Shown in pieces: positions 55,479-64,000 of a stretch of 64,000 bases of DNA (the first letter of the stretch is position 1; every line of letters starts with the position of its first letter). The stretch lies in NCBI GenBank assembly GCA_963702845.1, contig OY969763.1, positions 3,552,001 through 3,616,000 on the forward strand, in the 5' to 3' direction. The notes below the pieces were generated by a model. It saw only the letters and a list, made by a program, of their open reading frames with translations. It searched no databases and was not told where the DNA came from. This DNA is from an uncultured Verrucomicrobiae bacterium (lineage in GTDB: Bacteria; Verrucomicrobiota; Verrucomicrobiia; Limisphaerales; Palsa-1400). Made by a program: the position numbers and the translations under genes.

Positions 55479-57122
55479 ATGCAAACTTTTAACGTCATCA
55501 CACGCCGCGGATTCATGGATCGCAGTTTGAAGATCGGTCTCGGCGTCGCGCTCTCGACCTTAACCGACATTCCGCTCGTGCTCAAACGTGCGCTCGCCGA
55601 TGGCAGCATCGGTGGCAACGGCAAAAAAGTTATATTCCTGTGGATGCGCGGCGCGAACGACGCGTTGAACTCGCTCATTCCGGTCAACGACAGCGCGTAT
55701 GCGACTTCCCGGTCGTCCATTTTAATTCCGACCACTGGCACTCGTTACAACAACAGCAGCGGTCCTTGCGATTTCACACCGGCCAACGGCGGCGACACCT
55801 TCCCCGCTGATGCCAACCTTAAACAATACGCGATTGCCCTCCAAAACGGCTTTGCCGCTTTGAATCCATCTCTGAAATTTCTCGCGCCGGTTTACAATGC
55901 CGGCGAACTCGCGCTGATCCATCGCGTCGGTTACCCGAACCAATCGCGTTCGCATTTTGATTCGCAAAATTATTGGGAGAACGGCGCGCCGAACAACAAA
56001 CTGGTCACTGACGGAATTTTCTATCGCACGATGGTGCAATCGATCCTCAATGGCACCGCCAAGAACCAGGGCCTGACCGGCGTTTCGATTCAATCCGCGT
56101 TGCCGATGATCTTGCGCGGCAGCGGCACGCCGATGACGAATCTGACGGACCCCACTCGCTACAATCTGCTCGGCATCCCGAACACAACAGCGGGCAATAC
56201 GAAAGCGGATAAGTTCATGAACGCGGCGACTGATTATCCGTTCACCCCGAAACTGGACCGCGATTTTCTTCAGCAGAATTACGAAAATCTCGCGACCACC
56301 TTGCAGGTTTTTGCGGGAATCGATTTTTCGGAAACCGGCAACACATTCACCGAAGACCCGAACAATCCAATCGATGGCAGTTCGACGCCTTACAGTCTGT
56401 TTCCGACAACCAATGCCAAAAACGGCGGAGGCGTGACGAATCGTTACGTCGTGGACACTGGCGCTTATACCTTGTTCAAGAACATCAAAGCGGCCGCGCT
56501 CATTCTCAATAAGACCGACGCAATTATTGCCGGCACGGAATTCAGCGGCTTCGACACCCACAACTCGCAAGGCAACTACAGTGGCTCACACGCGAATTTG
56601 CAACGCCGAATAGCATGGGCCATGTATGCGTTGAAACAATATTTTACGCGCTACTCCGATAAAGTTTCGTGGGACGATGTCATTGTCGTGACTCTCTCTG
56701 AGTTCGGTCGCACCACCAAAGAAAACGGCTCCAAAGGCACCGACCATGCCGAAGCAGGCGTGATGTTTGTTGCCGGTGGTAGCGTAAAGGGCTACGGCAA
56801 AACTCCAACTGGCGGTGCCGGTGCCCGCACCAGCGGAGTATTTTGCTGCGGACCCAATTCCGAAGTTTACAACGGCAATACCATCCACTGGAACACCGGC
56901 ACCAGCGGGTCAATGTTCTTCGGCCCGACGAAAAACTATTTGCAACGCGCCGTCGATTATCGATCCGTGCTCGGCGAAATCATTCGCGATCACCTCGGCG
57001 CAAGCCAGACCCAGTTGAACAGCATTATTCCCGGCTACGCGGTGTCGAACGAAAAATTGTTAGGCGGCGGACTCTCCGGAATTGATAACACGACAATTGC
57101 CGGCGAATTGAATATTATCTAG
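55479..57122 (+). CDS. DUF1501 family protein with twin-arginine signal
   Basis: TRRGFM, GANDALN, RSHFDSQ, GFDTH, SEFGRT, GTDH, VDYRSV. It starts 3 nt after the DUF1800 gene. Confidence 0.92.
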   Translation: MQTFNVITRRGFMDRSLKIGLGVALSTLTDIPLVLKRALADGSIGGNGKKVIFLWMRGANDALNSLIPVNDSAYATSRSSILIPTTGTRYNNSSGPCDFTPANGGDTFPADANLKQYAIALQNGFAALNPSLKFLAPVYNAGELALIHRVGYPNQSRSHFDSQNYWENGAPNNKLVTDGIFYRTMVQSILNGTAKNQGLTGVSIQSALPMILRGSGTPMTNLTDPTRYNLLGIPNTTAGNTKADKFMNAATDYPFTPKLDRDFLQQNYENLATTLQVFAGIDFSETGNTFTEDPNNPIDGSSTPYSLFPTTNAKNGGGVTNRYVVDTGAYTLFKNIKAAALILNKTDAIIAGTEFSGFDTHNSQGNYSGSHANLQRRIAWAMYALKQYFTRYSDKVSWDDVIVVTLSEFGRTTKENGSKGTDHAEAGVMFVAGGSVKGYGKTPTGGAGARTSGVFCCGPNSEVYNGNTIHWNTGTSGSMFFGPTKNYLQRAVDYRSVLGEIIRDHLGASQTQLNSIIPGYAVSNEKLLGGGLSGIDNTTIAGELNII

Positions 57123-57124
57123 GC

Positions 57125-58018
57125 GTGCGTTTTGCCTTCGTTCTGTTTCTCGCTGCGTGCCTCACGGCGACGGCGGCCACGTTAGACCAACCGATGGTCC
57201 CGGGCGCAGACACGTGTCTCATTGAGATCGCACCCGACAACAACATGGGCGGGCAAACCTATTTCAACGCGGGCTCTAACATGCAGGCCACTCGCAACCG
57301 AGGTTTGCTTCGATTTGACTTGAGCCAAATCCCACCCGGTTCACTGATTACCTCCGCGACATTGACGCTGTGGGTTGTTGGAGTTCCAACGGATGGCCCG
57401 GCTGGTTCCATTTTCGATTTGCACCGGATGCTAAAACCGTGGGGCGAAGGCTCCGAACTCGCAACCGTCGGCGCTGGTCGCGGCTCACCGGCAACAACGA
57501 ACGAAGCAACATGGAATGATCGCTTCGCTTATGCCAACGCGCCATGGACCGCTCCCGGCGGCGAAGCTGACACCGATTACGTTGCCGTCAGCACCGCCGA
57601 AAAATTTATCTCGGACGCGACCTCATACGACTTCCGCTTTGGCACCCTCGCTCAAGACATCCAATATTGGCTCAACAATCCTCAATCGAACTTCGGCTGG
57701 ATGTTGATGGCCCGCGATGAATCGCAGATTTCGACAGCGCGGCGTTTTGGTTCACGCGAAGATCCCGACAACACACCCACGCTCGATATTTCCTTCATCC
57801 CCGCCACGCACATCGACGCACCGACCATTTCCAGCAACCAATTTACTTTCAGCTTCGTCGCTTTCGCGCAACAGAACTATGCCGTGGAGTATTCTGATGC
57901 GCTCGCAACGAATTGGACCGTGCTGACCAACATCCCCGCGCAACTTGCGCAAACAAACATCATCGTCTCCGACGCCCTCACTCCGACACAACGCTACTAC
58001 CGCGTCAACGCGCAGTAA
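57125..58018 (+). CDS. Secreted DNRLRE/CBM96-like domain protein with C-terminal sorting-like module
   Basis: ADTCL, RGLLRFDLSQIP, ITSATLTL, WGEG, ATWN, NFGWML, RFGSRE; the C-terminus ends RYYRVNAQ. Confidence 0.8.
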   Translation: MRFAFVLFLAACLTATAATLDQPMVPGADTCLIEIAPDNNMGGQTYFNAGSNMQATRNRGLLRFDLSQIPPGSLITSATLTLWVVGVPTDGPAGSIFDLHRMLKPWGEGSELATVGAGRGSPATTNEATWNDRFAYANAPWTAPGGEADTDYVAVSTAEKFISDATSYDFRFGTLAQDIQYWLNNPQSNFGWMLMARDESQISTARRFGSREDPDNTPTLDISFIPATHIDAPTISSNQFTFSFVAFAQQNYAVEYSDALATNWTVLTNIPAQLAQTNIIVSDALTPTQRYYRVNAQ

Positions 58019-59119
58019 TTACCGACCCACCTGTCCGCACAACACCGCCCGACGCGCCCCGGTTGTCTGCGGCAAATTCCCGGGCTTCCCATTCATCCGC
58101 AACCAGGCCAGCAACGCGAACGCCGCCGGCTCTATCGCCTGCACCGGCCAACCAAGCGACTCGCTCGTCATCACTTGAGTCGTCGGTGGGAATTGCGCGC
58201 TGATGGCTTTCACCAGGTGCGGATTGGCTGCGCCGCCGCCGGTGAGAATCAGCCGGTCAGGAACCGAGGGGAGATGCCGTTCGTAATTGAGCGCGAGCGA
58301 CCGCGCCGTAAATTCAGTAAACGTCGCCAAAACGTCGAACTTGCTCAGCCGTTTCGTTTCGCGGATCGCCGTTTTAAAAAATGGTTCGCCGAATAATTCA
58401 CGGCCAGTGCTCTTCGGAGGCTTGCGCTGAAAATATTCGTGCCGCAGCCAGCGTTGAACGAGCGGCTTGCACATCTCCCCGCGCGCCGCCCACATTCCGC
58501 CCTTATCCATGTGCTGGGCGCCACGGGTAAAATGCCGCATCGCCAAATCAATCAGCACATTGGCCGGCCCGGTATCGAACGCGAGCATCTTCGGCTGGGA
58601 ACCCCGTCGCCAGTCCATCGCTGTCACGTTGCTAATGCCGCCTAAATTGTTCACGCAAACGTGCTGACCGCGCTGTGCGAAAACGAATTGATGAAAGATC
58701 GTCGCTAACGGCGCACCCTGCCCTCCGGCCGCAATATCCGCGGAGCGAAAATTGCTCACCACCGGCGCACCCAACGCTTCAACGAGATAAGCCGGTTCGC
58801 CAAGCTGAATCGTCGCCGGAGCTTTTTTATCGGGGTTGTGGAAAATAGTCTGCCCGTGCAAACCGACAACATCCGGCCGCTTTCCTTTTTTCGCATGCGC
58901 CGCGTAAAATCGGCCAAGGTCATGATGCATCTGGCCGACCTCGTATGAGCTCGCTTCATTCGCAGCAGCTCGATGCAAGTTCTTGCGCAGGGCATTGGGA
59001 AAATCCGCCGACCAAAGCTTTTCCAGCTCCACGGACTTGTCAGTTATACGGCACGAGGCGTAATCAACCGAATCAATGCTGGTGCCGGACATAATCCCAA
59101 GAACACGCGAAGATTTCAT
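58019..59119 (-). CDS. anmK: Anhydro-N-acetylmuramic acid kinase
   Basis: GIMSGTSIDSVD, HGQTIFH, DIAAGGQGAPL, NLGGISN, FDTGPAN, PKSTGRELF. Confidence 0.95.
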   Translation of the reverse strand: MKSSRVLGIMSGTSIDSVDYASCRITDKSVELEKLWSADFPNALRKNLHRAAANEASSYEVGQMHHDLGRFYAAHAKKGKRPDVVGLHGQTIFHNPDKKAPATIQLGEPAYLVEALGAPVVSNFRSADIAAGGQGAPLATIFHQFVFAQRGQHVCVNNLGGISNVTAMDWRRGSQPKMLAFDTGPANVLIDLAMRHFTRGAQHMDKGGMWAARGEMCKPLVQRWLRHEYFQRKPPKSTGRELFGEPFFKTAIRETKRLSKFDVLATFTEFTARSLALNYERHLPSVPDRLILTGGGAANPHLVKAISAQFPPTTQVMTSESLGWPVQAIEPAAFALLAWLRMNGKPGNLPQTTGARRAVLCGQVGR

Positions 59120-59240
59120 CGGACAAACATTAGTAAATTGACAGTTTTTGTAAACTTAAGCTGTGTTTTACAACGTGAATCCATTGACAAACTTTCACGC
59201 CATGGGCACAATCCTCCGCGTAGCCCAGACGTTCCCAGTT

Positions 59241-62200
59241 ATGAAAACTGCCCTTTCACACCTTATTGTAGTCTCACTGTCACTCACCTTGTCGTTGACT
59301 GCAGTCAACGCCCAGACCACTTACACATTGGATGCTGCTGGAAGCTTCGGCTCACGCGGCGACGGCAGCATTCAGCCGGACGATTCCATTGGGACTAATC
59401 CGCAGAGCGGTAACGACATTAAAATCAGCGCGCCCGGCGGCCACGGCGTTCAACCTGGCGACGCAACCATTTCGACTAACGGCTTCGACATGCGCGGCAT
59501 GACCTACGATCCTGTCACCGGCCACCTCGTGTTCGTGGATACACACACCGGTTCGGGCGGCTCGCAAACTATGGCCACGAATTCCGCCATTTACATTCTC
59601 GACGGCAACACCGGCCAGATCCTCAGTGCGCTTAATACGAACGGCATTATCAACGATACCGGAGGTGTTGGTTGCGTCGTCACCGCAGCGGTCGCCGACG
59701 ACGGCGTGATCTACGTCGCCAACCAAATTAACAATGCCACCCTTGGCAGTTTCAAAATCTATCGCTGGCCAACAGCCAACGTAAATGCCCCGAACTTCAA
59801 TGAGGTAGCGCAGGTCGCATTCTCCAATAAACTGGAAGTCAGCGAGCGTCTCTCTCAGACAATTGACATTCGCGGGTCCGGAACCAACACGCAGATCATC
59901 GTTGGGACGTCGTCAGTTCAGTCGGGCGATCCCGGCACGAACTGCTGGATATTCACGACGGTAGACGGAACCAACTTCCTTCAGCACCGCATTTACTTTC
60001 CTGGTATTACGACCGCCAACTTTAACGACGGCATCGCCTTCGGTCCCGGGAACACGTTCTTCGCCAAACAAGTCGGCAAACCCCTCCTGGTCTTGAGCTA
60101 TGACCCGGTCACTTACGCCGGAACAGTGATCAAAAGCTTCGTTGCTTCTTCGCCCAACGATCCGTTGCTCAACATCTCTGCCATCACCTACGATCCAGCC
60201 ACCAAACTGCTCGGTGGCCTCGAAGAAATCGGCGGCACCGCATCTGGCGGTCGCGGAAACGTTTGGTTGTTTGATTTTTCTGATCCGACCAATCACGCCC
60301 CGGCAGTTCTTAGTTCGCGCACATTCATTCCAAATTTCCAGAAAACAACCGCGCCGATGGGCTACCTTCGCTTCGGTGGCGGAAAACTTTATGCGCACGC
60401 GTCGAACAACGGTTTCCTGACAAGTTCGGTTAAATCGTCAGCCCTCGATGTTCCATCCTTCACCCTCGACCTGCCCCAAACAAATAAAGTGCCGGTGACA
60501 TTGAGCGCGCATTTCGAAGTTCAAGCTGTCTATGACGTGACGAACTATCAATGGTATTCCAACAACGTCGCCATTCCCGGAGCGAACACCTACTACTATG
60601 ACATCACCAATGTTCAATCGAGCATGAACAATTCAGTGTTCAAGGTGATTGCCTATAACGCGGCCAGTTCCATCACGAGCACTTCTTGCAAACTCAAAGT
60701 CGTTAATCCCACCGATTTCTTCCACCTGACAAGCCTCTGGACGGCCGTTGCGAACACCTCCACGGCGGCGACTAATTACATCACCTCCAACGGCGGAAGC
60801 GGCACACCCAAGGAACGCACGATTGCTTACAATGCCTTCTCCAATCAACTGCTCGTCGTGCGAGGCTCGGCCACGACGCCCATAGTGTTCGTGGTCGATG
60901 CCGCCACTGGCACGAACCTTTACACGTTGAACATGTCAACCAACGTCAAAGGTGGACAAACCCTTTCCTTGTGCGGCATTGGCGTCGCCGATGACGGTGC
61001 CGTCTACGCCTGCAACGTTGCCTCTGATGCGACCTTCCGAATTTATCGCTGGGCCGATACAGGCTCGAACACGCTGCCACAGGTCATCTATGGCACGAAC
61101 TCCGCCAGCGGCCAATACAACCCGATCGGCGATTTTGTCGGCAATGTGTTCTTTCGGTTTGGCGATAACCTCGCTGTTCATGGTTCGGGCGTGAACACTG
61201 AAATCATTCTCGATTCTCAAAACTCTACGAAATATTTCTCCGTCATTCGCCCCGTCGACGACACGATGACAAATTGGAATTCGACCGGCTACCTATTGCA
61301 GAACAAGCAGGGCAGCTACGGTTCAGAATCATACGGCACAAGTATCGGCCGCAGCTTGCAGTTTGGAGCAAGCGGCACCACTTCAACATTCTGGCAGAAA
61401 CGATACAGCACTGCAGGCGCACCGGTCGCGCAAATGAGCTATACGTCCGGCGGTGGTTTGTCGCCGCTGGTATTGGCGAACTTTTCCTTGCCGATGTTCA
61501 CCAACGGCTCCATCGGCCTGAACTTCTCGCTCAATATCGCGGCAGCAGTTAACTTCGTCGGAGGCATCGGCAGCGCTAATACATCACCAGACACCCTGAG
61601 CTACTACGACTTCAGCGACCCGACTCAGTCAGTTCTCTTGAGTCAAGTTGCGTTGGCGGGCTCCAACTCTGGTGGCCATACGGCCAATGCCAACGCCATC
61701 AGTCAGGTCATTTTCGGATCGAATCCAACGACTGGATCCAACTACGTTTTCGTCATTAACGGAAACAACGGGGTCAATGCCTACTCTCTCGAAGGCGGCT
61801 CAATTCCCGCACCAAAAGTGCTCATCCAGCCACACAACGTGCGGATGCTCACTGGCTCGTCCAGTAGTATGTCCGTCACACTCGATCAGCCTTGTAACAT
61901 TACCTGGTATAAAGGCACGAACTCGCCAGTGAACACCGGCGTGAGCGGCTCCACTTATCCCATTCCAAATGCTCAGCCGACCGACGGCGGTGATTATTTC
62001 GTCGTCGCGTTCAATGGAAACGGCTCCGTGACCAGCCTTGTAGCACACGTCACAGTGGCTGATGCCTCACAATTCCCAACGCTCGCGCAAGTGTGGGGAG
62101 CCGGCGCCGGCAATAGTTCGTACCCATACGTGACATCTGCTGGTGGCCCGAATACACCCGCCGAACGTTCGTTCGCTTACAATCGTGTGGCAAATCAGTT

Positions 62201-63306
62201 GGTGGTTGTCCGCTGCCCTCCGGCCAGCACGACCTACACCTTGTCGGTCGTCGACGCCAACACGGGTAACTTCCTCTACACGATGAATACAACTGGGGTG
62301 GTTCATGAGCCGGGATCTGAAGTGAGCGGCTCAAATCCGATTGACCTCGTCGGCGCCGCCTGCGCTGATGACGGTGCGCTTTATATTGCCGGAACGTCTC
62401 CAAATGCTTCAGGCGGTTCAGCCGGAGATCCCACCAAGATGATGCACATCTACCGTTGGCCGGATACCGGCGCGAGCACCGCTCCCGTCCTCGTTTTTCA
62501 AGGCGACCCGAGCGGACAACCGGCGGGCATCAATCTCCGATGGGGTGATGTTCTCGCGGCCCGTGGTTCCGGCACAAACACCGAACTATTCATGAACTCC
62601 TTTGAAGGTACTGTACGCTGCCGTGTTGCAACCGACTGATAGCACCATGGCAACATTCACCAACCTGTTCTTCAACGATGTCGCTGGCGGTGGTTCCATC
62701 GGCCGCAGTGTTCAGTTTGGCCCTGGAAACTCGGTCTTCGAGAAGCGTCGCGGTAATTCGCTGATCTATTCTTCCTACACTCTGTCGAACCAAACCGCCC
62801 AATTGATTTTCAACGCCCCGTCAACAGCGACGTTGGGAGGTCTCGCCGTAGACTTGGCCAATAACCTCGGCGCCGGCGTCGACTTCATCGGTGCGGCCAA
62901 CACCAAGCCGGACGCGGTATCGTTATATGACATCGCCGACCCGACTTCTCCGCTGTTGCTTGGTCAATACAACTTCCCGTCCAACCAGATCGCCAACGCC
63001 AACTCCATTTGCCAGACGCTCGTCGTCAGCAATCGCGTGTTCGCCCTCGACGGCAACAACGGCATGGTTGCATTCAATATTCTTCCTCCAGCGAGCGCGA
63101 ATCCGCCCGCGTTGAGCATCAGCCTCTCGGGCCAGAACGTCATCGTGTCTTGGCCGCAACAAGGCAGCTTCACGTTGCAAGGAGTCGGCTCGTTAACGAC
63201 CCCGATAGGTTGGACCGATCTCAGCACTGGAACGCCTGCCAACGGCCAATATGTCGTGACCAATTCGATCATTGCTCCTGCGGTTTTCTATCGTTTGCGA
63301 CAGTAA
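59241..63306 (+). CDS. Large secreted protein: three propeller-like repeats (DUF4623-like) separated by Ig domains, with C-terminal sorting-like module (frameshift near 62610)
   Basis: Three copies of (M/I/F)(T/A)Y(D/N)..QL, ADDG.(I/V/L)Y, IYRW, (R/H)GSG.NT; Ig segments YQWYSN and ITWYKG; ends AVFYRLRQ. Confidence 0.8.
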
Positions 63307-63337
63307 CGGCTCAAAAAAAACAATTTTGAGTTTCAAA

Positions 63338-63374
63338 AACACGCTGGGCGTATTTAAGTTACGCCCAGCGTGTT
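63338..63374. promoter_or_regulatory. Perfect 15-bp hairpin overlapping the probable aroA start
   Basis: AACACGCTGGGCGTA-TTTAAGT-TACGCCCAGCGTGTT. Confidence 0.6.
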
Positions 63375-64000
63375 GCAGCCCATACCGGAAGTCATAGAAA
63401 TCGTCCCACTCAGGGAACCATTGCGTGCAGCGATTACGGTCCCTGGCTCAAAGAGCATCACCAATCGCGCGCTGATCCTGGCCGCGCTCTCACCTTCGAT
63501 CACCCGTTTGAAAGGCGCGCTTTGGAGCGACGATACTCAGGTGATGGTCGACGCCCTGCGGAAACTTGGATTTCCCATTCAGGTTGCTACTGATCCGGGC
63601 GAGCCGTCCAATCGGACTATCACTGTTCAGGGTGGCAGCGGAACAATCCCTGACGCCGGAACCGTTGGTTTGCCGCTCGAACTATATGTCGGCAACGCCG
63701 GCACTGCGGCTCGATTCCTGTCCGCTTTAGTTTGTCTCGGTCATGGAGTTTACATGTTGCGCGGCACTCCGCGAATGCACGAGCGCCCGCAAGCCGCTCT
63801 CTTCAACGCGCTGCGGCAACTTGGATATAAAATCGAGTCGCCCAACAACAAACTTCCCGCAATCATTCACGCCACCGGCCCGCGTCAGGGCTCTTGCCAA
63901 ATCGATCTTCACGAAAGCTCCCAATTTGCCTCTGCCCTGATGCTCTGCGCAAAGGCGGGTGATTGGAACGTTCAGGTTATCGGAGAGGATGCCGAAGAGG
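63370..64000 (+). CDS. aroA: EPSP synthase, 3'-partial
   Basis: Manual translation from GTG 63370 gives VPGSKSITNRALILAAL, SDDTQVM, VGNAGTAARFL, RMHERP, SSQFASALML. Confidence 0.93.
   Translation, partial: MLQPIPEVIEIVPLREPLRAAITVPGSKSITNRALILAALSPSITRLKGALWSDDTQVMVDALRKLGFPIQVATDPGEPSNRTITVQGGSGTIPDAGTVGLPLELYVGNAGTAARFLSALVCLGHGVYMLRGTPRMHERPQAALFNALRQLGYKIESPNNKLPAIIHATGPRQGSCQIDLHESSQFASALMLCAKAGDWNVQVIGEDAEE

Overview
About 40 protein-coding genes and one tRNA from a bacterial chromosome, most likely Verrucomicrobiota (inferred from TIGR02597-like, GloVer-repeat, DUF6797-like and DUF1800/DUF1501 proteins). Many genes, including core ones (metH, rpoD-type sigma, asd, cysteine desulfurase), are split by scattered 1-2 nt frameshifts or isolated in-frame stops, most simply explained as consensus errors in a long-read assembly. 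Housekeeping content: metH, uppP, fba, tRNA-Ala(CGC), msrB, metF, ABC-F ATPase, YyaL-like protein, RpoD-type sigma, MoxR/DUF58, NifS/IscS, asd, anmK and partial aroA. Highlights: (1) a divergent MglA/MglB-type GTPase locus (6.3-11.4 kb) with up to four roadblock-like domains, a REC-DUF4388 regulator, a Pro-rich scaffold with a duplicated unrecognised domain, and candidate membrane-targeting helices; (2) a 50.6-63.3 kb cluster of secreted proteins sharing a ~70-aa '...W...FYRV' module around a DUF1800/Tat-DUF1501 pair; (3) a mosaic of 10-bp-phased and other short tandem repeats at 27.2-27.6 kb; (4) at least three REP-like palindrome families, one copy inside the metH coding sequence. No CRISPR array, transposase, integrase or phage gene was seen. 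All family names come from motif recognition by eye, not database searches.
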